NCBI GenBank assembly: GCA_000320545.1
Contig: ADNK01003239.1
Location: 1 to 57,926, forward strand
DNA length: 57,926 bases
From: Bigelowiella natans CCMP2755
Lineage: Eukaryota > Protista > Cercozoa
Reading direction: 5' to 3'
In this document: positions 45,958 to 57,926 of the stretch, one piece after another
Layout: each line of letters opens with the position of its first letter
How positions within the stretch are numbered: the stretch's first letter is position 1
Program-made: the position numbers and the translations under genes
The notes under the pieces: model-generated
Told to the model about the DNA's origin: nothing
The model's database searches: none
Seen by the model: only the letters and a program-made list of their open reading frames with translations

Positions 45958-46998
45958 GCTTCGATGATGTGTACAGTTACAAAATTTAACAGCCATCTGC
46001 TTGCACTATCTTAACGTGTAGTTGATGGCGAATGATCTTACAATAATAACGATGATGGAAAATAGCATTGATGTTAATCTAGGGAATAGCTGTGGATACG
46101 GAAAGCATATATAATTGAATGATAACGAAAGAAGGACTTTTGTATCTGTAGGTTTTTCTCATCATCATCATCATGATCATCTACCTTATTTTTCCTGTTG
46201 GGATTTGGTGGCAAAATACTAAGAGCTTCCCTAGGCTTCAACTGCATACCCTAATAAATGTAACAAGTGGTTGAGGTAAGCAATGATATTTAAATCATAT
46301 AACATTACCAACCGAATTTCTTTTCCTTTTGAGAATGAATTCCATACATCATCAAACTTGCCGGTTTTTTGTGTATTTTCTCTCTTTCTACTACCTTGGG
46401 GCATACGGGGTTGATATCACTGATGCACACTGCATTTGCACAATCATATCTGGAGAATTGCGAACGAAATCAAGAATTATAGAGTGATAGTCAGTCATTG
46501 TAGTCAGTCCTACTACTGATAACTACTACGAATGGCAAGGGAGAATGTTGGCACTACAGCTACTATTTACTGGGGGTTGGAAGCATAAGGGTCTTTTTGG
46601 TATGTCCCCTCCACAGGATAAATTGAAACCTTTATGAATATATTTGAAGAGACGATTATGAGGGAGAACAACAATGATTTTGGATGGAGAGCACTTCCCT
46701 GGTTTTTCTTATCCTTATGTACTTATCGAGTGATTTAAGAGAACCGCTAACTTTTGTTAGTACTAAAGATACTACTACCGGAACGTTGTAGCCATCGACA
46801 AGACTAACATCGTACCTGGAGAATAATACTCACACTTCAAAACTATGGTAGTTAGCATCATCCTGGCTATCATAAGTGACATCATCCTCCGTATCTCATC
46901 ATTCTCAACTACTTTATGCAATATTTGATCAACTTAATGTGTATTCTCACCAGTCTAAGACACCAGATGGTGCGAAAGGAGCCCCTGCACATATTGAA

Positions 46999-47035
<37 letters not shown>

Positions 47036-47468
47036 TGTGTATGTATGTCTTCACTAAATCACTGCCCTCGTTATCTTATAGAGAATGTAGTACTAGCAGA
47101 CAGGGCGGTGCTGTTAAGAATATCCCCCATTCTTCAAAGTCAAGATCGCATCCGACGTTAAGTGACGTGTAGTATCATAACTACCAGCATCGACATTGAA
47201 TTCCGCTAATGTTGCTGGAGGTTTGCCGGCACCACCCTGACGAAAGAGCAATAACCTTAGACTTCTCATCAGCTGCGAAAACATACTCTGTCTTGTACTG
47301 CTTGTAATCATAACTAATTAATACTCGGATGAAGATTATCCATCATCATCAAAATACTACTACTACATTGCACTTGAGCCCTTGGCCACAATCCCCTGTC
47401 AAGCAATTTCCTTGCCCTAAAAAGAGGTACAATAAATAGAGAATGCTCATCAAACGCATGGAAAATAA

Positions 47469-47509
<41 letters not shown>

Positions 47510-47647
47510 TATATATATATTATGTTATTGAGATTAATAGCTAGGAAGATGAGGACACGGATAGGGAATGATTCTGAAATTGCAGCTTTGGAAGACAGGA
47601 AGATGAGTCAAATATTGCTACAATCGAAGAGTAACCACCTCTTTCTC

Positions 47648-47699
<52 letters not shown>

Positions 47700-47885
47700 A
47701 TTCTCGGAAGAAAAAGGTACCGTTTTCATCAAAAACGCAGTGCGTTCGAGGCCAGAAACGGCCTTGGAAGTTCTGATTTATTATGTATACACACGACTCA
47801 GATTACAACGAAGGATGACCACAGACATATTGCTTTTCATTCAGTAACAAAGACAGCGTAAGAATAGATTGTGTCGGTGTGAAAA

Positions 47886-47922
<37 letters not shown>

Positions 47923-48261
47923 TATGATAGTTACCTGCGGGATAATTTTAGCCGATTTCTTTCCAGAGGGAAGGAAGAAACCGCCTCTGCAAATGATGTG
48001 TAGTGTGCATTAATAATCATTCTATATCAGACTACTACTCTTTTGTTCTGAGAAGAGATATTCTGAATAATTGCTATCTAGGGCTGTGACGAATGTTCCA
48101 TGTGTGGATTTATCTGTTTTCCCCTTAGTTTCAAAGAAACAAAAACTAGGTTATGTTATGGCTGACGTTGGATTCAGTCTACCTATTCTTCCCCATATGG
48201 AGAATGTAAATACACACACAAACACACACACACACACACACACACACGCACGTGTATGTTC

Positions 48262-48301
<40 letters not shown>

Positions 48302-48785
48302 ATTTATATATTTGCAACAATACCTTTCAACGGTGGGGGGGAACACTCCAACCCATATCTTAGAATAAAGATAAGAAATGAGAAGAACATCAAATCTTAA
48401 GGTGGTATATTTATTTAATAACGAAGAAATGCAAAGAATTGTTTGCAACAAGTTTGTTCAGTCAGGAGAAGGGTGAGATCTTCATCTTATTCATTAAACA
48501 AGGCACATCCAGAAGGCTTTTCTACTACTGCTTTCTAGTAACAATAGCTACGATGTATTGATTTCGGTTAAAGCATTATATATCTGCTATGATACATTGT
48601 AGTTGCAGTTGTTCTCGAAGATGAACTTGTGGTCTCCTAGCTGCATGAATACGAATAAAATTGCGCCAAAGATTATCTTGATATCAAAGAAATCAACTCA
48701 GCAGGAAGGGGCATGCTGAGAAATCATCACTGTCCGCACACATACCACTGGGCACAGCTAGCAGCTATCACTTTCAGATATATTT

Positions 48786-48865
<80 letters not shown>

Positions 48866-49730
48866 TAATTATGTATATTGGGGGAGGAGTCGTTTTATTT
48901 ATAATTGTCAGGAGGAGTATCAGTAGTGGTGAGTATTGATTTTACCTTGCTCGGTGTGACGCATTCTTTTCCATCACCAACATAACCTGAAAGATGATAA
49001 TTGATTGACTGATGACAACATGTGTAATAATATCAAATGTCGGCACAACGTTACTACGTGTATTTGGATTTATATATTTTTGTATCTTTGTAGCATCACA
49101 TGACTCATTAGCAATCAATTACTACTACTACTACCACCACTACCACCACCACCAGCAGCAGCAGCAATAGACTCACCATTGTCATTATCACTAAATACAT
49201 ATCATTGTACCTTTTCGGCAGCTGCAAGAGTAGCTTCCAGTTATCGGGTCAACATCGGTGCAGTCAGCGTTTATGTCACACGGTTTCAAGTTGCAGCTTG
49301 GTAGTAAGTAGGAAGAAGCAGCGGGGATAATAGTGAAGGGCAGGTAGGTGAGAAAACAACAAGATGATATTATTAGCAGCAGCAGCGTAATAGGAGCCTC
49401 CAGAGCAGCAGGAAGGAGAAATTATATCAAGATTCGATATAGATACCGTCCAATAGCCCGAATATCCATCCTCCCCCCCTTTTCACTCTATGCATACACT
49501 TTACAGTACAATACATCTAGGTGCGTGTTGCGCAACACATATAGATAATGTGGATGGATGAATACCCTTTTGGAATGGTAAGGCTTGGGCCGCTTGGCGA
49601 CGAAGATGAGGACGATGATGGAGGAGGAAGACCAGATGCTCGCTTATTTTGTTTAGGAGGCTGCTGTTGCAATGGAGATGTTGGGGTAGACGGACTACTG
49701 CCATTTCCGTGTTCTCCATTCCTTCCTTTC

Positions 49731-49767
<37 letters not shown>

Positions 49768-50910
49768 AGGACTTCATAGGGGAGTGTTGAGGAGGCAGCC
49801 ATTGCAAGCTTGGAGGTGCAGTGGGATATGGTGGTGGGGCCGAATAAGCTTTTGTTGTTGGATGTTTCTGTGTTGTTAAATGATGGCATGGAATTAAGCA
49901 ACAAAGAACATCTCTCCTTCCACCTTTTGTTCCAACACGAATGACGAAATCGAATCATTAGGGTCATCATTACTACGTCGTGAATCATTCATGTGACACA
50001 ACCAACCGCTATTGTCAGGAGGGCGAGTATACTCCCTAGAAACGTCAGCAAGAAGAAATATGTCCAAAAATGAGATGCCCTAAGAATCAAGGAAGAGACA
50101 CGACAAGGAGGAAGAAGACGACGAAGACGAAGATTTTAATTACTCATACTCCTCTGTCTTCTAGGTTATTCACCTACCAGTATGTTCTCAAATCTTTTTG
50201 ACTTCTAGGCGATAGGCAGCAACAGAGATATTTTGCCAGTGTTGGATTATTCTTCATATTGAACGATGATGTCGAATCATGTTCCATTTGCGGCGCAGTA
50301 TCAAAACGTACGCAGCATATATAGCGCGCCATCCTGAATTAAATTGGGTGTTTTGATGTTATTCATTGTACTGCTGCTTCCACCAATTATGCATGTCATT
50401 TTGATTCGAAATGTTTGGTGAAAACCATGGTAAGCATTTCTTCCGTTTGAATGCGAAGCATTTGTCAGAGCAGCTAGTCGTCGCTTTGCTGTCTTCCCCA
50501 TTTTCATGATCAGCATTGGATTCATCAGTGCCATAGCCTGCCTTCTCATCACTACCTTTGCTGCTCTGCAATGGCGAATTCTGTTTGAACAAACCGAACA
50601 CACCGACGCGACGGCGACGGTGCATATTGTGAGATGATGCATTGAAATTTTTCCCAACCCGCGAAAGATATGTAAGGATGGATGATGATGAACAACTACA
50701 ACGTATATTGATAGTAATAACCTCATTAGATGGCGGTTTCTTGTCTTTATCATTGGTCAAAATCCCGCTTTTCGTCTCGTCGTTGTTCCTATCCTTTCTG
50801 GCCTTCATGGCTGCCTTTTCTCTCCTCTCTTTGCGTTCCTGCGCTTTCTTCGCTTCAATGGCCTCAACTTGTGTCAAATTTTCCACTCTCCACAATGATT
50901 TCTGCTGCAT
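45257..50910 (-). CDS. Putative type II membrane protein: cytoplasmic N-terminus, TM helix, Ser/Pro stalk, EGF-like domain, C-terminal thaumatin-like (PR-5) domain
   Basis: Thaumatin exons FIFENNCNYN|IWVG, GRFWPRTHC, CLTGDCG, PPATLAEF, LDW|YDVSLVDGYNVP, CHSACDAF, YCCTG, CPGAYSYAYDD..FTC..YTIMFC then stop. EGF CNLKPCDINADCTD..SYSCSCRK|GYVGDGKEC (~48946-49297). TM FWTYFFLLTFLGSILALLTIA (~50007-50070). Linkage of the 5' exons is less certain. Confidence 0.8.
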
Positions 50911-50935
50911 CCTCCTGCCTTTTGAACTGCGCAAC

Positions 50936-50990
<55 letters not shown>

Positions 50991-51604
50991 GTCTGTCTGT
51001 CTGACTGTCTGTCTGTCTGTCGTCGTTACTGTTGTTTCCGATCACAGTGTTATTGAACACAGTCAGCCATTGATCGCACAATGGCTTCGTAGTTACAGTA
51101 ATTTCGTAATTCCGTAAAAATGAAAGAAACAAGGGGATTTTTTTAATACGTCACATATAAATTTCTTAAAATGCCAGTTAATTCCAGTGTCGAAATGAAT
51201 CGAATCTGCTATTACCGCAATCCCGAATCCAATCCCGGGCCTATGAACCAGCTTGGGTTGTCAACGTTAGTTTGTTTTCCATCAGAAGTTTTCGGCTTTA
51301 TTTCCTATCTATCCTGTTTACTCCATCTCTTGATAGAAGAAGAAGAGGAGTAAATCGCCGTGAACCAATTACGATGTTTTCTGTTCATTTTTCTATCTGA
51401 TTGTGTTACTAGTAGCTTCCCTCGCAAGGAGAACAACAAATTATGATCAGTATCATCAACCTAAAACTTCGTAAAAATTTGTACATAATTTCGTTATAAT
51501 CATTACAACAATAACAATACAACATACCGCCCCCTCTACAGGCTGCGTCACTGGCAGGCACTACAACAACATAGGGAGAGAGTCTTCTTCTTCTCATCAA
51601 AAGA
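50911..51604. promoter_or_regulatory. Divergent promoter region, EGF-thaumatin / NASP
   Basis: About 694 bp between head-to-head ATGs with an AT-rich core. Confidence 0.5.
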
Positions 51605-52085
51605 ATGGCAACTACACCGTTGTTATCATCATTATCAATGCCACGGCTTCCACGGCTGGGAACAAGTCGTCGTCGTTCTGACCATCACCGCAGGATAGAA
51701 GGCCGGGTCACCACTGTCACAGTATTTGGCATTTTCCTCGCACTAGTCACTTTGTGCCTGAGGACCGCAGCAATTGTTGACGACAGGTATAGTGCTATTA
51801 GAATCCAGCAAAGCGAACAACTGATTCACGGCAGAGGTCGTGCTATTGGCAATTGTGATGCAGCAGCATCTTGCTGTGGGAGGGGAGGCGTAAATGCAGA
51901 TACTGCTACCGCTAGTACTACAAGCAAACTTCTACAAAGCATCCTCAAGGTTAATGCCAATGATGAAGGGCCGTCGCTATGGCGAGGAGGAACAAGGTCA
52001 TTTCCAACTCGCATCACATGATACAGCACACAGAATGAATACGCACACAGACACACACACACGCACATAGCACAGAATGAGTGTG

Positions 52086-52129
<44 letters not shown>

Positions 52130-53745
52130 TCGTGTGCTGTTATGGGCATTCTATGTCTCTTATTGTCAATTGTTAACTGTTGCACTTGACGATATTGATG
52201 TCCCATAAATCCTTTCACTTCAATGCCATTTGTGGTGTACAGTCATGGTTGACTAAAGCCACACATACATGATTTATATTGCATATGTAGTCTGTATCAT
52301 GTTGTCGAATGTTTTGTACGTAATTTGATGGTATTCATGATGCACACAACACAAAGTAATGTGCATGCATGAAAGTATTCAATCTATATTCATACCTCAA
52401 CATCACCAGATTTCTGTTGATTATTCTTCATTCTGTTCATAATTTTATTGTGTTTTCTTCTTCTTCTTCCCGATGACAGTATCATGAAAATGAGCAGAGT
52501 AGGAAGGAGATACAGTGAGATTTCTACTGCATTCAACGCTGCCGCTGGTACTGCAGCAACACCACCACAATCACAACATTTGTCATGGATTAGACAACTG
52601 AGGGGTGGGAGTGAGAATCCAGAGAATGAAGAGAAGGTAAAAGACTTGGACGAAGAAGAGATGCAAGAACAACCAGTTATTATCGGTGTGAAGCAGATCA
52701 TCAATCCGCCGAGTATGAACTTGAGTTATGCTGAATCCCAGCATCAACGTGCCCTTGACATGTTAAGGTAATATACGTTATAACGTTATACACACACTGA
52801 TCGAATCTATTAATTCAATATTCGTAGAATAAGAGTACCTCCTCACTCCAAATCATCAACTTGCTGCTGCTGCTACTACTACTACTACTACTACTGCTGC
52901 TATCGATGCTGGTTGTCGTGGTGGTAGAACCTATTTGTACCAAAATCCGCTCTTTGCTTTTTTCTTATTGTTCTCTTGAATAACTCGTACATCGGTGTAG
53001 AACCGATCAATTAGACGAGGCAATTGAAATCTTGAGTGAAATCCTAGAATGGAGGACGAAGACGTTTGGGGAGGAAAGCATTGAATGTGCGGCCACATGG
53101 CATCACTATGGTGTCGCATTGTTCAAAAAGGCAAGATCTACCCAAGGAGAACTAGGTCAGTATTATCCTGCTGCTGTTCTTTAAACCAAAAAACAAGGCA
53201 ATACTATTCTGCGACACAAAATTTCATAAAAACAGTAGGATTCACACCGATGATTACTCTCTTTTGTTACTGTCTGGTGTCTGCTCCAAACGCCATTGTT
53301 GTTGTTGTTCTTCTTCTTGTTCTTCTTCTTCTTCTTGTTCATATATGCAGGCGAGGCAACCAAAGAAGGAATCCGACAGCTTTCACAACAAATCGTATCT
53401 CAGAGCCTCCTCCTCAATGAGACAACCAATGCATCTTCCTCTTCTATTGGAGGAGGCAAAGAAGAAGGAGGAGGAGGAATGAATGCGAACGTAGCAGCAG
53501 TAAATCAGTCAAGTGCAGGTTAACAATTAGAGTTTAAACTAATCAGTGTTTAACAGAGATAGTTACCAACCACTCGATATAACATCAGATGACGATGAAG
53601 ATGGTGATGATGATGCTGAAGATGGGGTCGCCAAGGCCGAGATGGATGATCTCGTTGCATCATCATTGTCTTCGAAAAATATGAATGCATCGTCATCAAC
53701 AACACCTGATGACATGGAGCTCGCATGGCAAGCTTTAGAGGTAAT

Positions 53746-53782
<37 letters not shown>

Positions 53783-54237
53783 ATATATATACATATTATA
53801 TGTGTATTATATATTATTGTATGGGTCTGTGTACTATATAGTAGGGAATGTCACAACTATTGACTAATAATCTGCAAATACGCATGTTGATGATAGTAGT
53901 ACTGTAGTGTTGTCAGGACGAAGAATCCAAGAAAGATGATCATTTGAACAGAGAGAGGGAGGGTGAAGGGAGGGGGAGGGGGGGGGGTAATCACTTTTCT
54001 GCCGGTTTGTGTTTGTATGAGTTGCCAGTGCTGTTTAGTGATAATGCATGAGAATAGTATCTCATGAAATGTAATAATCAATAGGTTGCGAGATTGATTT
54101 ACTCTAAGAATGGAGGGGGGGGGGGCAGTAGTCATCAGTTTGACTTAGCGGAGGTCTACGGTTCATTGGCAGAGCTGAGCCTTGAAAGAGCGCATTTCGA
54201 GACAGCAATCACTGATTACAAGTAAGCAGAGAAGAAG

Positions 54238-54269
<32 letters not shown>

Positions 54270-54676
54270 GTTGCTGTTGTTTTATCCTTTCCCTCTTACA
54301 AGATGCTATAACTTTCTTGTCCTCCTACTGCAATCGCCACGCTCATCGTTGCTCTTTCGTAATCACCATCGTTTATTAAGCTGTGATGATGATGATAATG
54401 ATGATGATAATTATTATTGTTATTATTATACGTAAATGAACAAAACCTAGGGCAGCGATCAACAGCATGAAAACAGCCAGCAAGTCCTCAGGTACTAGTA
54501 GTAATAGTACTGCTTGACATTGAACTTGGAAGTCGTTTCTGTGAGAATTATTATAATTTCGAATATTGGATTTCTTCATAAATATTGCTATTTTATCATA
54601 ATTATATCAAATCATCGACTATACATCAACAGAGCTTCCTGCAGTACCGGGAGAAAGGTAGCAGTAGTAGTAGTAA

Positions 54677-54711
<35 letters not shown>

Positions 54712-55892
54712 TGATCATATTAAGATAGAGGAAGGAGTAACAAAACAGTGGTGACAGCAGCAGTCAAAATAAATGATTTCTCAATGCACATACAGGGAGG
54801 AAAGTCACTTATCCTTCACTTAATAATTATGTATTTTCTGCTACTACTACTACTACTACTACTTCTTCTTCTTCTTCCTACTACTGCTGCTTCTCTATTG
54901 TACTTATTGTCGCATCGTAATAACAACACACACATTATCACACTTGAAAAGGCGTCTGGCAGATTTGCAATTCCGGTTATGCTTGGCATTTCAGCTTGAT
55001 GGTATAGAGAAGTAGCAGTAGTAGGAGCCCTTTTGGTGGATTATCCGTCGATAATGAAGTTCTCTTCATTAGCGTTGTATGAGATCACTACATCTTCCAT
55101 CTTCCCAAATTGATAGCCTCCGCCTCCCTGAATCTAATAAGATTGCAGCATGCTTTATGATTTCTTCTGTTTGTTAACAAGTAGTTCTTCAATCTCTTTC
55201 CTATTTCATCATACATAGGCACTCAGAAAATGATAGATAATCGGACTGCAGAGGTGTGAGAGAGAGAGTGTATTATTATGATATATCAGTGAGTGAGTTG
55301 TGCTGTTAGAATGTGACGTGGTGATGGTACTAGCTACATCGCATATGCTGCAGTTTTTACACACGCAGCAGCCGCAACTAAATTGCGCAATCACCACTAA
55401 ATTATTAGGGTAAAGCCTCAATAGAAGAAGGGCTACAGTATTGCAACGAGACGTCACAAACTCTTCAAGGTATAGGAGGAGGAGCTTGAATGTGAAAGTA
55501 GCAGTTGATGATAACAATTTTGGTGGCAGTAGTCAATAGGAAAACAACATAGAAAAAGGGTTAGGAGTAGTAGCACCAGAATATCTTCTGGCAGAGAAGA
55601 TATGACTATCAATTGCTGCTATTCTTGTTGTCTATGCTTCTCCTGTCTTCGTCGTCCATGGTCCTTCATTTTCATTTTTTACCTTCAGCTGTGTTAAATT
55701 CACTTGAGGATAAATCTCTTTCCTCCACAAATCCCAAGACTGAAGAAGATATCCTGGTTGTTCCGATGCGAATGTATCATCAACTATGAGATCATGGACT
55801 ATGAGATATCATAGATTCAACTTAAAATTCCTGAAAGTTAACAGCATGGATGCACGTATGCATATGTTTGTGTACATGTTGTGTGTGTGTGT

Positions 55893-55944
<52 letters not shown>

Positions 55945-56772
55945 GCATCCTAAAAGTTATCATAAAATCACAAATTATATTGCAAAGGAATTGAAAGAGA
56001 TAATGGAGGAGTTAGGACAGAAGGCAGAAGAGGTGATCAGCCAATCAATAGAGTCGTAGATAAATGAGTGAGGGAATAATAGACAACAATTACAATATAC
56101 TACGAAGTGGTGCGGGTACATAATAATAATAATTATAATAATAATAAATAATAAATAATGATAATAATAATGGTCGTGACACTTGTCGAGCCAATAAACT
56201 GCTGAGATTTGGTAAGATAACAAGCATTGTTTACTATTTTACGTTGTACCGTTTGTACCATAGATGAAAGAAATTATGGCAAAGGGTGTAGCTTTACCGA
56301 CTGTAGAGGAAGATAATACCACAGCCAAAAGCCGCAGCAACAGCCATGTGGTAGTTAGTACAAGTATATGAATATATAGCATATTTTTGCAAGATTAAAA
56401 AAAAATCGAGAACGAGATGCAACGCCATCCTACTGAAAAAATATTCTCGATCAATAATATCAACTTACACACCAAATTTTTTCCAACTACTTTCAACTGT
56501 CGCTTCTTGCTATGCTGTGTCACAGCCACCTTATCCCTCCTGTAAGAAGAGGCATAATGAATTTCCTTTTTGCTATGCATTGTTAACAGCAAAATCACCA
56601 GCCGCAACATGTACACCATAACTTGGGTACGGTTGGCAGTGGAGGTCAGAAAAGAGCTGCTGCCGATGCTGCTGCTGCAGATCCGTCAAGCATACAAGTT
56701 GAGGAGATCCTGGATTTTAAGCGGTCGAAATTATTACCTGAGACTGTAAGCCAAACTCCAGCAGCAGATTGA
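51605..56772 (+). CDS. NASP: NASP/Sim3/Hif1-family (SHNi-TPR) histone chaperone with a long bipartite N-terminal leader
   Basis: EAIEILSEILEWRTKTFGEESIECAATWHHYGVALFKKAR; acidic insertion; DDMELAWQALE; LAEVYGSLAELSLERAHFETAITDYK; RRLADLQFRLCLAFQ; ELKEIMEEL; C-terminal HNLGTVGSGGQKR...KRSK; TGA at 56772. Confidence 0.85.
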
Positions 56773-56779
56773 TAAAAGC

Positions 56780-57500
56780 TGTGCATTCCAGCGTGCAGTT
56801 GCAACGATGAAGAGTTGTTTTTATCATTCTATCATGAATTACGGTTGCATTACGGGGTACATGTGCAATTTGCAGCACGTACAAACACGTAGTATTATTT
56901 AATCGCTAACAGCTTTAATGCTCGCATAGTCGCGGAAGATAGCATTATATTAATGACTGGTGTTCGTGACACGCCTGATAGAACTGGGAAAACATATAGT
57001 TTTTTGCTAGCACATGGCACATGCTAGCATGCTCATTATATTGCTTTCCTTTTCATCGCCTAGCTAACTAGATCACAGCTGTCACGAAGGCATAGCACTG
57101 TATGCGAAATAATATCTAGACGCAGCAGCGCATGACATTTAGCTACATCATATGATGACTATTGAAAGATTTATTTCATTCATTACATCCATCTCATAAC
57201 ATCTAGATATGCATAGCAATGGCGGTGATGAGGTTAGTAAGTACGAAGTGAAGACGGTAAGCCAGATAGCGCGATGTGCGATGTGAGTGTGCTGCATGCA
57301 GTGAGAAGTAGCGGCCATGCAGTTACTTGCCGCGCACATGTGAGACGGGTGTAATGAAGCGATTAAATCTTTTCAATGGTCATCCTAATGTAGCTATGCA
57401 AAGCCGCGCATATCTAGATATATACATGCGACGTGTACATACCTGCTGCTGGTGTTGCACTAATATTATAACAACATAGATGCAGCAATAGTAGCTGCAA
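56780..57500. repeat. Palindrome-rich island at the convergent NASP / last-gene junction
   Basis: TCTAGA at 57115, 57202 and 57413; CATGCTAGCATG; contains the foldback element. Confidence 0.7.
57111..57422. mobile_element. Degenerate foldback / MITE-like element with ~85-bp imperfect inverted arms
   Basis: The reverse complement of ~57140-57200 (tgagatggatgtaatgaatgaaataaatctttcaatagtcatcatatgatgtagcta) matches 57341-57396 (tgagacgggtgtaatgaagcgattaaatcttttcaatggtcatcctaatgtagcta). Both outer ends carry ATATCTAGA. No target-site duplication was identified. Confidence 0.6.
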
Positions 57501-57571
57501 AAGTGATGATGCCTTAATGGAAATTACTTTAATGTCTAAATGACTTCAGCGCCGTCGTCAGTAATATACGA

Positions 57572-57926
57572 TCAGGATGGGTACAATCCCGACAAATCGA
57601 GATGATTTGAATCATCTCCTGTGTCATGCGAAATATCAATGCTGCTTCGTGATCCAACTTCACGCTCTGCGCTCTCGAACATCCTCCTAGTCTCTTCTTT
57701 GTCTTCGTTGTCGTCATCTTCATCCTCCTTCTCTTCAATTGCCGTTGGAGGCACTTTCGATTTTTTCTTAAGATGTTTTGGGTTTTCATTTGCACTTCCT
57801 TCCTCTGTATCTGGGACAATCTGTGCCGCCTCCTCCTCGTCGTCATCATCACGCGAATTGTGTATAATGTGACAGGAAGATTGTGCAGCAGAGTCTATCA
57901 TCATACCATCTTCATCATCATCCTCA
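57572..57926 (-). CDS. 3' end of an acidic low-complexity protein; the gene continues beyond the window
   Basis: Open frame from the window edge to a stop at 57572, D/E-rich with a basic KHLKKKSK patch; no recognisable domain. Confidence 0.5.
   Translation of the reverse strand, partial: EDDDEDGMMIDSAAQSSCHIIHNSRDDDDEEEAAQIVPDTEEGSANENPKHLKKKSKVPPTAIEEKEDEDDDNEDKEETRRMFESAEREVGSRSSIDISHDTGDDSNHLDLSGLYPS

Overview
Intron-rich, microsatellite-rich eukaryotic nuclear DNA using the standard code and GT-AG introns. The signal-peptide plus transit-peptide leaders and a green-algal-like NASP suggest a secondary-plastid alga such as a chlorarachniophyte, but this is inference only. Manual exon stitching gives 11 genes in strictly alternating orientation (- + - + - + - + - + -): an uncharacterised RRM-like protein, Grp170/HYOU1 (KDEL), a CG-1 + bZIP transcription factor, a stand-alone long-RluA N-terminal-domain protein, ArfGAP, a PWWP protein, VPS28, ProRS, a membrane-anchored EGF-thaumatin protein, a leader-bearing NASP histone chaperone, and a partial acidic protein. 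The genes form five head-to-head pairs. Each tail-to-tail junction is a similar-sized (about 730-860 bp) spacer carrying a microsatellite-free island rich in short palindromes (TCTAGA, GCTAGC, GCATGC); at least two islands share a foldback repeat. Main novelties: this chromosome-punctuation pattern, an 8-Cys domain inserted twice into Grp170, the CG-1/bZIP fusion, a putative nucleomorph-targeted NASP, an exon bracketed by an inverted repeat, and (GTA)n tracts starting at splice donors. Most entries in the ORF track are microsatellite artefacts. Gene models were built by hand, so ends and some exons are approximate.
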